DNA from: Octopus sinensis
Taxonomy: Eukaryota
Reading direction: 5' to 3'
DNA length: 64,000 bases
Assembly: GCF_006345805.1 (NCBI RefSeq)
Contig: NC_042997.1
Coordinates: 160,890,001 to 160,954,000 of the forward strand
This document shows, in pieces, positions 1 to 13,105 of this stretch. The notes beneath the pieces are model-generated. The model saw only the letters and a program-made list of their open reading frames with translations. It did no database searches and was not told the DNA's origin. The translations under genes and the position numbers were made by a program. Within the stretch, counting starts at the first letter, position 1. Each line of letters begins with the position of its first letter.

Positions 1-10
1 GTATAATAAA

Positions 11-175
11 ATCCCAATATCTATGGCAGAGCGCTTTGAGAAGAAATTATTGCACTCCTTCAAAAAAGGCTGCGACTTCCACGGTACATGAGCTAGTCGC
101 CCTGTATGGAATGAATAACAAGTTGAAGCTACCCATTACTAAAGTAAGAGAAGAATTTGTCCTGACTTGTACAAT
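11..175 (+). mobile_element. Degenerate non-LTR retrotransposon fragment, Hero/NeSL-like post-RT region
   Basis: Frameshift-joined translation IPISMAERFEKKLLHSFKK-(W)LRLPRYMS-VALYGMNNKLKLPITKVREEF resembles the 'KWLGLPRSLSSIALYG..KLxLP.....EEF' motif of RLE-type elements. Confidence 0.55.
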
Positions 176-617
176 ATTATGATTCCCAACAGAGACGCAA
201 ATCTTTAAACTTAAGAGATTTTATGTAGTTAATCGTGTTCATCTTACAACTTGCCTGGCACTTTATTTTACCAGCCACAAACGATGAAATATAAAGTCGA
301 ACACCGCCCGATTTAAACTCATTACATCGAGAGCTGTAACTAAATATCAGAAGGGCATTCTGTCCGTCACTCACGTTTTTTGTTTTTGTGGGGGTGGGGA
401 TGCTCCTTTTTAACAATGAATGAAATATAGGACTGTTTCTGATTACATGAATAAATGATTTAATATATAAACAAAAAATAAATGAAATTTTTATGTCATG
501 TAAAGATGAATTGGTCAAGTGAATTAAGGAGCAGACTGTTATTTAGGCCAGATCACACTCCAGACATTCCACTATGTCCTGGACGAAAATACTCCGACTC
601 TTGCATTGAGTTAGATT

Positions 618-778
618 GCCGTTACGTTCTGGGTTCAAATTCCGCCGAGGTCGACTTTGCCTTTCATCCTTTCGGGGTCGATAAATTAAGTACCAGTTAC
701 GCATTGGGGTCGATGATGTAATCGACTTAATCCGTTTGTCCCCTCTGTGTTTAGCTCCTTGTGGGTAGTAAAGAAATA
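618..778 (+). mobile_element. SINE family A, 5'-truncated copy
   Basis: Near-identical to 35224-35394 (TTCAAATTCCGCCGAGGTCGACTTTGCCTTTCATCCTTTCGGGGTCGATAAATTAAGTACCAG...GTAGTAAAGAAATA). Confidence 0.9.
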
Positions 779-920
779 TATTGTTTAAGCGCACGTCACA
801 CAGAATTATGCTCAAAGACTATTCCACTGTTTTAGGATGGTAGGGTAATACTAGAGTGAAATTTGACTGCTTCTTGGAGTAGATCTTGAAACGAGCTAAT
901 GGCTTTTTCAGTTATGGTCA

Positions 921-1148
921 CCTAAGCAACGCAGTACGAGTAACATATCAATACTTTCAACTTGCAAAGCACGTTAAACTACAGATGGTAGAAGGGAAAT
1001 AATTCCTGGTGAATGTGTATTAGCGCGTACTAAATCCGGAATTCTCTCCCTTGCACCATCTATACTTTATCGTGCTTAAGATATTGGTTTGCAAGTTGAA
1101 AGCATTGATATGTTGCTTATCCCATATATTCGCACTGCGTTGCTTAGA
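921..1148. mobile_element. Palindromic hairpin MITE-like element
   Basis: CTAAGCAACGCAGT..AACATATCAATACTTTCAACTTGCAAA..GCACG..AGATGGT..AAGGGA..AATTCC (921-1007) is mirrored at 1038-1148. Confidence 0.7.
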
Positions 1149-1699
1149 TGAACAAGGTACATAACTCTCATTTTATAACTAATTAATTTTTTACTTGTAA
1201 TTTTGAACAAGGCGAGAAGATTTCCCTGATATTTCGTTTTCACTCTGGAAACAAATTAAAAATACTAGGTATTTTTACGAGTTTTACGACAGACTTAACC
1301 TCCAGGCTGTACGAAGAATGTCGTTACCTCTGTTTTATCTATTCACCATATCTAAAGTAGAGCCATAGAAAGAGATTATATCAGGTAGTTTGACCTGCTA
1401 GAAGTAGCAGTGAAATGTCTCTCAAATCCTATGGTATGGAATTCTAAAATAAAAATTAGAATGATAATATTTTCCGACAGCGCAGTCTGAAATTAACTAT
1501 CTCTGAAAAGACAAGATGGGCATGGCTATACAACTTGATAGTCAATTGTTCTTTAATTGTTTTCAACCTTATCTATATTGTGTACCACTGTCCGAAATGA
1601 GCCAGGACTCAGAAAAGATGGTAATTTTTGATTGAGCAAGATTTGAACTGTAGGCAGTTCACATCTAACATATAAACATTTATTGTTTACTCTTTGGTA

Positions 1700-2095
1700 G
1701 CAGAACTTGATCCTTCATAAAGTACCATCAACTGACACATCCGTAAGCTCGGCTTTTTGAACAGACGATGTGGAAAAGTTCCTCATGAACTGACCAATGA
1801 TCAGACACAAATGGGTGTGGACATTTGCAAAACACTGCTGGGAAATCTTCGGGAATCTAGTTTTTTAACATCGAATTATAACTGGGGATGAAAAGTGGAT
1901 CTATTTTCGTAACCATAAGAAGAGAAATCAGCAGTTTCGTTTCGAACAAGCTTCAGAACTTGTTGTCAAACAAGGGCGGCTTGAACGGAAGGTAATGTGT
2001 ATTTGAGGAAAATTCGAAGAGGTGCTTCGGTTTGAGCTTGTTCCGAATGGCCAAGCTGTGAACGCTAAAATTTATGCTCAACAACTGCAGTGAAT
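1700..2095 (+). mobile_element. Mariner transposase remnant (internal fragment)
   Basis: Translation KVPHELT...RIITGDEKWIYFRN...ELVPNGQAVNAKIYAQQL (WVPHEL-like and TGDEKW motifs), with frameshift and stop. Confidence 0.85.
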
Positions 2096-2570
2096 AATGA
2101 AACCTTAACTTCTTTATTATATTTCATTAAGGTAGTTTCAAAGCTCTCAATATACTTTATCTGAGGAAGGCGCTTTCGAGTTTTAAAGCCGAACATGTCT
2201 GCGGGTGTATGGGGCGGACGAAACCCTTTCAGGTATATGCTTGTTGGCGGTTACGATGTTGAGCGTTAAATAGAGTTTTCTTGGTGGTATTGGAGGTCTT
2301 CAACTTATGATTAAGCATGCGGAGTCAAAACAGCAGTCTTTAATGAAAAAACGATTAAACGAACCTTAAGATCTGCACTTAATTCCATCTCCCATCTCGA
2401 TTATTTATCTCTCCCAACGCGTCAGCCACATATATATATATATACTTTATCTAAAAGCAGCAGAAATTCAACAAAACCTGTTATTCTGAGTTTCACGTTC
2501 CCGTTCTTCGGACAGTTTTTATATATATTTATCCACCTAGTGGTTTCCCTAAATACGCACACGCACACAC

Positions 2571-2693
<123 letters not shown>

Positions 2694-2695
2694 TA

Positions 2696-3587
2696 CGTGG
2701 TCCGATCAATAAGTATCTGGACTGTTGCCATATTAACGAAGCTAAAGGATGCAGATTGAAGCCGCTTTGCACAGATTGATGCCGAGTTCTGCTGTGCATG
2801 TGCATTAAGTTTTAGCGTTTTAGATCACTTCTACTGTTTACAGCAGTGCTTAGACGGTAGATGTGTAACATGTGATAGTCACGTTGACCACGAAAGAGAA
2901 AGTTGAGCAGAGAATCTGCATCAAATTTTGCAAAAAGCTTGGTAATACCTGCCCAGATACCTACGCAAAGTTTACAAAAAGTGTGCATTGTTCTCGACAC
3001 GATCAAGATCTTGTGCAACTGAAATCGGAGTGACCTTTTAGTCAGCTGAAAGCAGTTTTGGCACAAACTTGGTAGACACACGTCTCATACACAAAGTTTC
3101 ATTGATAATGGACTGAGCTGAACCGTAACTAATCTGCACATCCTCTGATAACTCACGGATGGTGATTCGATGATTTCCCCTCACAACTGTATGCACATCT
3201 GCGATGTTTTTCTCAGTTCTTCTGGTTATGGATCCCCCAGAACGTTCGTCAATACAGACATATTTTCGGTCATTGTGGAAACATCTGAATCACTCGTACA
3301 CCTGTGCGCAGTTCATACATTCCCCTCCATACACTTTCCGCAACTTTGCGTAGGCCTTTTAACATGTATCGCCATGACAACTTTCTCTGTCATGGTCAAT
3401 GAGACGATCACGCGCTATACACCTTTCTTCCAAGCACTGCTGTAAATGGCGGAAGTGAGCCAAAACAGTAAAACTTAGTGTGCATGCACAGCAGAGCTCA
3501 AAGTTTATCTGTGCCAGGCGGCTTCACCCTGCGTGCTTTAGCTTCGTTATTATAGCAACAGTCCGAATACTTATTGTTCAGAGCTCG
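2696..3587. mobile_element. Non-autonomous mariner fold-back element built from two inward-facing 5' ends
   Basis: TA|CGTGGTCCGATCAATAAGTATCTGGAC at left and GTCCGAATACTTATTGTTCAGAGCTCG|TA at right. Plus strand gives EKVEQRICIKFCKKLG; minus strand gives the N-terminal HTH region through RRVSTKFVPKLL. Confidence 0.85.
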
Positions 3588-4029
3588 TATACACCCATAC
3601 ATATGTACATATATTTATGGACATACGTATATGTTTGTGTATGTGCGTGTGTGAGTGTTAGTGTGTGTGTATGTATTTGTGTATGTATGTAATATGTATG
3701 TAATATGCATGTATGTATAAGGCAATTCAAATAAATAAGGAGAATTGCACATCTACGCTTTTATTACTGTAATTTATACTGTATATTCTCTTTAAACCTC
3801 TCTCCGACATGTTTCTGCTGCATGTATATCTGGCTACGTAGTATTTATTTGTATCCTGTTGGTTCACCTGCATCCAATTTCACCCACGTTATATATGTAT
3901 CCATGCAACTTTATTCAAGATGTTACCACTACTCAAGTTTGAAGTGATGTGGACTATAATGGTTGACAGTGTGATATTTTTGGTAAATGGCAATTAATAT
4001 TGAGTATAAGGAATATGCACCCCACCCCT

Positions 4030-4518
4030 GTGGCCTATCACCTTAACGTTGCTGGGGATGTTTGCGTGCGCCAATGATCTTCAGGAGTCTTCAAGGCGGT
4101 GAGGTTGACGGATAGAATCAAACAAAGAATAGCCCACTGGCTCTCCAAGATGGGGGTTGAGCAATAGGCTAATAACCCATTCCCCGAAAAAAATCACTTA
4201 TTACAGAAACCAGAAGCGCTCAAAGAGAAAGTTCATACCGCACGAAACCACGCTTTGAAAATGAGACTTGACAAGTACCAGATGTCGATAACATCAGATT
4301 CTTGGATGACCAGAGCATAATGACGATTTGGGGCCAAAGAAGCAAGGAAACTCAACGACTGAAAAAAGTCAATTGGAAAACGATAACTAATTTTAACTAT
4401 TGGCAATTGGAATGTCAGAACAATGTATGTGATCCGGAAAACTGCTCAAGCTGCTAAAGTATGAAGACATATAACATCGATGTTCTTGGAATTAGTGAGT
4501 GTAGATGGACTGGTTTTG
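4030..4518 (+). mobile_element. RTE-clade LINE 5' fragment (5' UTR plus start of APE)
   Basis: LTIGNWNVRTMY...TAQAAK...YNIDVLGISECRWTGF, the APE N-terminal motifs; truncated. Confidence 0.8.
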
Positions 4519-4557
4519 TCATCTAATCTGGCCTTACTATCAATACAAAAAAAGTCT

Positions 4558-6240
4558 ATTGTTGCAGGCGCCAGAGAATTAGTCAACGCTGTGCTGCCTG
4601 TTGGACTTAGTGGCAGCATTGAGAGTGCAGTCATCGGCGAACAGTTGACGGTGTCTACTGAAAACTTGATTTTCGCTTTGAGCCTCCCGAGGTTGAAGAC
4701 TAAATCGTCGGACCGGTACTTGATGCCGATGCCTATGTCTGTGTCCCTGAAAGCATCTGTCAGCATGACGGAGAACGTAAGGCTGAACAAGGTGGGAGCA
4801 AGTACACATCCTTGTTTCACTCCGTTGGAGACAGGGAATGGATCAGAAGTCTCTCCTTTGTCCTGTACCCTTGCCAACATGCCATCGTGTAGTTGTCTTA
4901 CGATGGTGATGAATTTTCTGGGGCATCCATACTTCGCCAAGATTCTCCAGAGACCTTCTCTACTAACGGTATCAAATTCCTTGGTCAGGTCGATGTAGGT
5001 GGAGTAGAGGTCGACGTTCTGCTCCCGACACTTCTCCTGCAGCTGTCTAGCAGCAAACAGCATGTCGATACTCCCACGCTCTTTCCGGAAGCTACACTGG
5101 CTCTCAGGTAGGAGAACCTGCACTAGGTGTGCAATGAGGCAGTTGAGCAAAACTCAAGCCAGGATCTTGCCTGTGATGGACAGCAGTGAAATTCCGCGAT
5201 GATTGTCGCAGACCTGGTGGTTTCCATTTCGCTTATAGAGGTGGATGATGGAGGCGTCCTTGAAGTCTTGAGGCACTGTCTCGTGCATCCAGATGAGCCG
5301 AAATAGTTGGTGAATTTTCCTGGTCGAGGCTATACCACCTTCTTTGAATACTTCAGCTGGAATGAAGACCGGACCAGGTGTTTTGCCACTGGACAGTAGG
5401 CGGCATGCTTTCTGAATTTCCTCCAAAGTTGGTGCGACGTCCATTGACTCCTCAACGGGGACTTGAGGTAGCTTATCGATGGCTTCACCATTGATGGTGG
5501 AAGACCTATTCAGGACGCTGTCGAAATGTTCACCCCATCTCTCTAATACCTTTTCCTTGTCGGTGATCAGTGTTGCCCCGTCAGCACTAAGGAGGGGAGA
5601 TAGTGTTCGTGCAGTAGTAGGGCCATAAACTTCCTTCAAGCTGTCATAGAAATTCTTCATGTCATTTCTGTCTGCAAAGCCCTGGATCATGTCTGCTTTG
5701 CTGCTAAGCCAGGAATCCTGCATCTAACGCAACTTCGTTTGGATTTTGCTCCATACAATCCACAGTCTGTCCTTCTTTAAAACTGACTTGGGGTCAGTGA
5801 AGTGAGCTTTGTAAACACGATGCTTTTCCTCTAGTAGTTGCTTGATCTCCGCGCAGTTCTCATCAAACCAGTTCTTGTGCTTCTTTGTATATGGCCCAAG
5901 GCATTCCATGGCTGTGTCGTACAACGTCACCCGGAGTGCAACCCAGGCTTCCTCAATATCCTTGCCTTGTAGCACATGGGGTCCAAGCGTTGCTCCAATG
6001 TATCAGTAAATAGCCGCTTGACGTTGCTATCCTTCAGCTTGCCGATGTTCAAGCGTTTTGGTGCTTTCCTATTTTGTGGTCGTCTCTTGGACTGAACTCT
6101 AAGGTTGAGTTTGGATACAAAAAGGCGATTGTCTGTCCAGCATTCTGCGCCACACATGGTCTTCGTAACTCGTACGTCTTGCCTGCCCCTCTTCCTTATG
6201 ATAACGTAGTCAATGAGGTGCCAGTGCTTTCAGCGGGCAT
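4558..6240 (-). mobile_element. RTE/BovB-like LINE, APE C-terminus to RT (pseudogenised)
   Basis: KHWHLIDYVII..CGAECWTD; NHRGISLLSITGKILA; LPESQCSFRKERGSIDMLFAARQLQEKCREQ..YIDLTKEFDTVSREGLW..GVKQGCVLAPTLF..LFADDC; several frameshifts and stops. Confidence 0.95.
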
Positions 6241-7472
6241 ACGAAGACTGAAGCCGGCTGATTCTACAGAAGAAACCACCAGAACGGTTTCAATAGAGAA
6301 GAGGGCGGTTACAGCAGGGCACCGTGGAGTGCATAGGGCAAGATGAAGCATTATAGGACATCTTAGTCATTCCCTGCATCCGGTTCTGTCCTCAGTCGTC
6401 TCGATCTGGTATTGCCACTGATTAAGACGGTCTCGGACGAGAGAGTGAGGTGGGAGATGTGCAACCCTTAAACAAAGTTTCCTCGACGAGTCATCTGTCA
6501 TCCTTCTTTCCACCACTTCATCCCAAAGTCCTGTGGCGACAGGCATGTGACGAAGCGACAGGTGTGGGTACACTGGAAGTCGTAGCCGCAAACCTGCACA
6601 CAGGCGGCTCAGGCCACAGGGTCGCTATTCACTGACCTGGAGCAAGAGTGGATTTCGGGAGCCGTCTGGGCGACTGAGCAGTCCTATTTAGGAACGCACT
6701 GCTCACCTCCATGGCATGAGGAACGAACTAGAAAAGGTGTCCCAAACATTGCCTGCTCCACCTACCCTAGCCAGCCTACCGCGACTGGAAGGGACACTAC
6801 ACACTGCTGTCGAAACAAAGAACAAAGAAAAAGAGCGAGGAGTACACCAATCATCCTCGATGCTTGGAACGTTCGTACGCTTCTTGACAGAGACGGTCGG
6901 GGAGTCCCCAGAGAGCACAGCACTCATAGCAAATGAACTCGCCAGATATAACATCGACATTGCTGATCTCAGCGAAACCAGGCTGCCGGGCGAAGGCGAA
7001 CTACAGGAAAAAGGTGCAGGATACACTTTTTTGGATTGGATGTGGACCTGAAGAGAGAAGAGAGGCTGGAGTTGGCTTTGCAGCTAAGTCGACATTGGCT
7101 GGCAAGTTGGTTGGTCGCCCAAAAGGTATGAATGATCGCCTAATGATGATGAGACTCCTCCTTTGTCGCGGACAGAAGTACACCACCTTTGTCAGCGCCT
7201 AAGCCCCCACCATGACAAATCCAAATAAGACCAAGGACAAGTTCTATGAAGACTTGAGCTCTGTCATCACCGCGGCTCCCCGCGCAGACAAACTCATCAT
7301 TCTAGGTGACTTCAATGCGAGAGTTGGTCGTGATAATGTCTCCTGGGAAGGATTGGGAAACATAGAGTTGGCAACTGCAACAGCAACGGTCTGCTACTCT
7401 TCCAGACCTGTGCAGAACATGGCCTCCTGATCCCCAACACCATCTTTAACCTCCCCACTCGCAACATAACGT
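6241..7472 (+). mobile_element. Inverted 5' part (5' UTR plus APE) of the same RTE/BovB-like LINE
   Basis: TALIANELARYNIDIADLSETRLPGEGELQEKGAGYTF..AGVGFA..APTMTNP..KDKFYEDL..IILGDFNARVG..NTIFNLPTRNIT, ending where the minus-strand segment resumes. Confidence 0.9.
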
Positions 7473-7743
7473 TTCTGTTCAGATGTTCCTTTATTTCGTT
7501 CTTAGTAATATATACTAACTTATCCTTATATCCTGTTTCTGTCAGAGTATTATTAGGTCGTCAAGTATGAAATATGTAGAAAAGAAAAAAAGTTTGCTAA
7601 CGTTTTATAAATACAAGGAATAGTTTTATTCATCAAAATATGCACCCATATTGTCAATACACTATTGCCATTTCAGCGGTAGCTTGTCCAGATATATTTA
7701 TTCTGAAATATAATTTGTATTTGACATTATATACTTGGCATAC

Positions 7744-7744
<1 letters not shown>

Positions 7745-7776
<32 letters not shown>

Positions 7777-7826
7777 TGTATGTATGTATGTATGTATGTA
7801 TGTATGTATGCATGTATATATATATA

Positions 7827-7915
<89 letters not shown>
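7745..7915. repeat. (TATG)n/(TA)n compound microsatellite
   Basis: Direct reading. Confidence 0.98.
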
Positions 7916-8159
7916 GAGTGTATGTGTATAAATTAAATTATTTAAGGTGGCTTATTCACAATTTACAACTAAAGGCACAAGCATAGATGTAACTAAAGAG
8001 ACTAGTCCGCAACAGCATTGCTAAAATTATAAGCCAGAACAACTATTAACAACGGAGAAGCACTTATCTAATGACTGACAAGGGAGACAAGCTCCTTACA
8101 GCAAGCGAGACGGCCATATCATCGATAATTTCGGATTTTATTAATCCTCCAATATTGAT

Positions 8160-8231
8160 ATATAGGTATACATACACACACAAGCATGCACGCACACACA
8201 CACACAAACACACACACACACACACACACAC

Positions 8232-8278
<47 letters not shown>

Positions 8279-8359
8279 ACGCACACGCATATATACATAG
8301 ATATATATTTAGATTTATATAGGTGTGTATGTGTTTGTGCATGTATCTATATATGTATG

Positions 8360-8405
<46 letters not shown>
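8160..8405. repeat. (CA)n/(TA)n compound microsatellite
   Basis: Direct reading. Confidence 0.97.
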
Positions 8406-8411
<6 letters not shown>

Positions 8412-9239
8412 TTATAAAATATTAGGGAATAAATCCAAACTTACAGGGAAAAATCAGATTTAGGATTAAATCCAATTTTATAGTAAAATATATTATATTA
8501 TATTATATTAAATTAGAGATAAAACCACTATTAGGCAAATCAAATAATGAAAAACATAAGCCAATACATAAAATTAATTAATTTATATTATTTTAAATAT
8601 TTATCAAAAGTATTAAAAGTTTAATAAAAGATAAAGAGTAAAACACTACGATCGTTTCATGGCTGTACAATTCGTAATAATTTATGGTTACAGTCAATCT
8701 GCAGGTTAATTGAAATATCTAAAATGTAATCAGAAATATTTAAACAATATTTTTAAGATATAAATAATATAATAATTTTACTTATAATAAATTCTATTAT
8801 CAAACTAGAAACATAAAACTTAACAATTATGATTATATCAAAATCTACTATAATGTTAAATATTAATTTTAATTTATAAGGTAGGAAACCCACCAATAAT
8901 CTAATATCGGTATTAGTCTATATCTATTTACATAAATATTTAAAAATGACTAATATATATAAATTATCAATGAAAATATATAAATGTATATAAATATTAT
9001 AATTTAGATCTAAAATAATCTCTATAAATAAATATATATGCACATATAATAAAAACCTAATAAATTAATTTTTCATATTTAAAGATGAAATAGCTAATTT
9101 CAAAATACAAATAAACAAACTTAAACGAACTTTCGGAAATCTTATGTAAAATACTTATAGAAATAATCAATTCGTAGTAATATAGTATCGAATAAATACT
9201 ATAAATACTATAAATATAATTAGTGGATTAAGTATTAAT

Positions 9240-9981
9240 GTTCTAGCCCACTTCTGCTGTTTACAAAAGGAACATGAGTAGCGTGTGATTGTCAGATTTA
9301 CCACAACAGAGAAAATTGATAGACAATCTGCATCAAATTTTATTTCCAAAAGCTAGACGATACTGCAAAGTTTTAAAAAGTTTTCATCGTTCTCGATACA
9401 ATCAAGATCTTGGGCAACTGCAACCGAAGTGACCTTTTAGTCATCTGAAAGCAGTCTTGGCACAAACTTGGCGGACATGCGTCTAATACACAAATCTTCA
9501 GTGATAATGGACTGAACTGTAACTAATCTGCACATCCTCTGATAACCCACAATGGTCATTCGACGATTTCTCCTCATAGTTGCACGCACATCTTCGATGT
9601 TTTTCTCAGTTCCGCTGGCTGTGGGTCTCCAAGAACGTTCGTCTATATCGACATTTGTTTCGGTCGTCTTCGAAACATCCGAACCACTCGTACCCTTACG
9701 TGCGACCCATACACTCACCTTCATACATTTTCTGCCACTTTGCGTAGGCCTCTGAGCAGGTATCTCCATGACAACTTTCTCTGTCATGGTCAATGCGACG
9801 ATCACATGCTACACACCTTCCTTCCAAGCACTGTTGTAAACAGCGAAAGTGTGCCATAACATTAAAACATATTGCGCATGCGCAGAAAAGTTCAAGGTCA
9901 ATCTGTGCCAAGCAGCTTTACCCTGCATGCTTTAGCTTCGCTACTATGGCAACAGTCCAGATACTTATTAATCAGACCTCG
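9240..9981. mobile_element. Second, more decayed copy of the fold-back mariner element
   Basis: Collinear with 2830-3587 (ATCTGCATCAAATTTT..GATCAAGATCTTG..GGCACAAACTTGG..ACAGTCCAGATACTTATTAATCAGACCTCG|TA); left end eroded. Confidence 0.8.
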
Positions 9982-12649
9982 TATATGTAGATGTTTGATA
10001 TACCCAAGAGTATGTTCAATATATTATGTACCAATATAATTATAAGTATAGTTATATAATTATAGTTATTTCAATATTATTTTAAAAACAAATTGCAAAT
10101 TTGTCTAATTATGGAGCCGTTTTTACATATTTAATATATCGTACACCTTATTAGGATAGGAAATAATATACTTATAGAAATCTCTATATGTTTAGAGTGA
10201 CTGTTATTAGATTATACAGCTAGACTATAGAAAGGATGTGATAATGTTGCTTTAAGTACGTTAAATCCACCATTTCCAAAACTGAGATTGTTCACCAGAC
10301 AATTTCCACATAATGTTCCCTGACCAAATTTTTATCTGGCATTGTGCGGACAGAGGATTTAATAGCAAGGGTCTAACCCGAAACGATGTAGTTGTCAAGT
10401 GACATTCGTTCTTAACCACACAGCAATTTATCAAAATTCTAGTTGCTGCAATTTTGTGTTCTTTAAGAGGTGTTTTCCTTCTCTAGATCAAAACCATTTA
10501 TAGAACTGTTACTTAACTCGATTTTTTGTCAGCTTTATAATAGTTTTGTCATCATAAAGAAAACTCAAATATTTCGATTTTAGGTTTCCTTTAGTGATGA
10601 CAAAACTATTACGAAGCTGGTGACTGCGAAAAAATATGTTCTGAAGACATAAACAATAGAGAAATGTTATTGCAGATGGTGATCAAATTTTCTATATTTA
10701 CCGAGCATTTTGATCGTTAATTCTTCGGCAAGTTACGGCAAGTTGTACACCTGCGAATATCCACCTGAAGAAAGTGAAACATGTTCTAAATTGTTTTGTT
10801 ACAATTGTTGATGCAACGATAAAAGAATATTAACCATCAAGAAATATAGTTTTTTTTTTTATACGCTTACACATTTAATTTCTACTGCCCGCATACGATT
10901 TGCAGGAGTTAGTTATAAGAAATGTTATGTAAGAAATCAATATCGCGTTAGAAATGTATATAAAGAAAACGCTGTAATAAACTTCTCCCATTGACTGATA
11001 AAATGTCAACGATACCCGCAGATTTTTAAAGAAAATTATATTGTTTGGTGATAACATTTAACAATGAAGTTGGAAATGCCAAGTAAAACAAGTAACAGAA
11101 AGTTAATCGATAAAACAAGTGTCTGCTTGCATTTGTCCATCAGTGATCGGTAAAGATTATGACTTGAGTTACTACGTCGATTGGGGTTTTATACGTCGAT
11201 GTATTATTTATCAGAAGCTTTGTGACGCGGAGATATCGGTCACATGCTAGCACATGTAGTCTGTGGAATGTATATATTTTTCGATAAGGATACATGCAAA
11301 GGGCCTATTCTGAAAAACCAGTTCCCAGGCCCTCTGTCGATGCTCATGACTTTCACTGTTATTTTAAACCAATAATCGTAGAAATGTTTTTATTTGATGA
11401 CTATTCTCTACTCTAATGCAACTTAACTATAGATTGATTCCTCGGTATGCAGATAGCGTTCATGCAAGTCTATAGATTACCTTAAATACACACAGAAAAC
11501 AAAGAGTGATGAAATAGAAAAAAGTGTTAAAAAAAGAAGAGAAAAACGGGGTGATCATAAAGTGCATCATCTATCTTGAAAACCTGCCAAGAAAATATTT
11601 TAAATAAATAATCAAGTTTAAGGCCAAACAGTTATGTGAAGCATGTGTCTCCTACATTGTTGCTGTTGTACAATTTAATAACAAAGAACATCAAAAACAA
11701 CTACCGCAGTAAAAGTGCCCGAAAAATACATACTTGTACTTCTTTATAAAAGAATGTTTTACTATGCTGAGGGCAACGGAAGTACTTATAGACCAGCATT
11801 TTGTTTCTCTATGTCTCCCTAATTAACTTTGGATGCGTTGTGGATGTAAATATGGAGAAATGTGAAAACATGCTTGGAGTAAACTTTTATGTCTAAATAA
11901 CGTTCACACCAGAATTATACTGGGCGGTCCTAAATACTCCGTAAGAGCTCAGGTGTACATAATTTCAAGCTGGTTGGTGAGGGCAGAAAGCTTCAATATT
12001 TTAAGTCAAAAGAAGAAGGATAATCCTTCCTCCAAAGAGAAACAATAACCTCAAAATATTGCCTGCCATTTTAAATCATTAAATATGCAAATATCTTTTA
12101 AATGGTTAAACCGATATTGAATATATTATATCAAGAGAGACGAGAGAATGGTTACAGCTTGAACGGCAGTCAGTGACACAAACATATTTCTCTTAGCATG
12201 TGAACAACTATGACTGCACGAACCTGGATCTAAAACCCTATCACGGTAAATTAAGAAGTCTACAAGACTCTAACTGAAAATAGGATTTACAAACACTCTA
12301 GAAAAATTTCACTTTACAAGGAAAATAGTATTATTCGTAACAGCAGACACGATACAACTTCACAGAACCGCACAGAAAACATTTAAATATAAACGGTTCA
12401 CATACAGAGATAAACATTTTACAGTACAGCTTTAGCAACATTAACAATGTTGTAATGGTATTATGATGAACACACAACATTCATGCAACTGTTATTTAGG
12501 ACACACATTTTATCGTCTGAATACAGAAATCCTAGTGTTAAAAATTGCAGTGGCAGTTTAATTATACATACATATACAATAATGTGCATTTAATATGCAA
12601 CTGTCACAAATAACATCCATAAACTCACGGAAAAGAAAGTACTGTAGAA

Positions 12650-13105
12650 ACCCACATATACACACATAGGCACAGACAAACATACATACATGCATACATA
12701 CATACATACATATACATACATACATACATACATACACACATACATACATACATGCATAAATACATACATACATATATACATACATACATGCATACATACA
12801 TACAAACACACACATACATAGATGCATAAATACATACATGCATACATATATACATAAATACATACACACATATATACATACATACATGCATACATACATA
12901 CAAACACACACATACATAGATGCATAAATACATACATGCATACATATATACATAAATACATACACACATATATACATACATGCATAAATACATACATACA
13001 TATATACATACATACATGCATACATACATACATACATACATACATGCATAAATACATACATACATATATACATACATACATGCATACATATCTACATACA
13101 TACAA
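12650..13105. repeat. Compound (CATA)n microsatellite with an embedded 98-bp higher-order duplication
   Basis: TACAAACACACACATACATAGATGCATAAATAC recurs at 12801 and 12899. Confidence 0.9.

Noticed and set aside
177-815. Short ORFs at the window start
   Set aside because: No recognisable domain; the ones at 482-815 are largely translations of a SINE.
8420-9150. Extremely AT-rich block, considered as a NUMT or control region
   Set aside because: No mitochondrial gene or tRNA is recognisable. More likely a TA-anchored repeat; a GAAACGATCGT motif on the minus strand lacks a hammerhead core.
10530-10620. Small inverted repeat AGCTTTATAATAGTTTTGTCATCA / TGATGACAAAACTATTACGAAGCT
   Set aside because: Real but short, with no defined ends or TSD; not enough to call an element.
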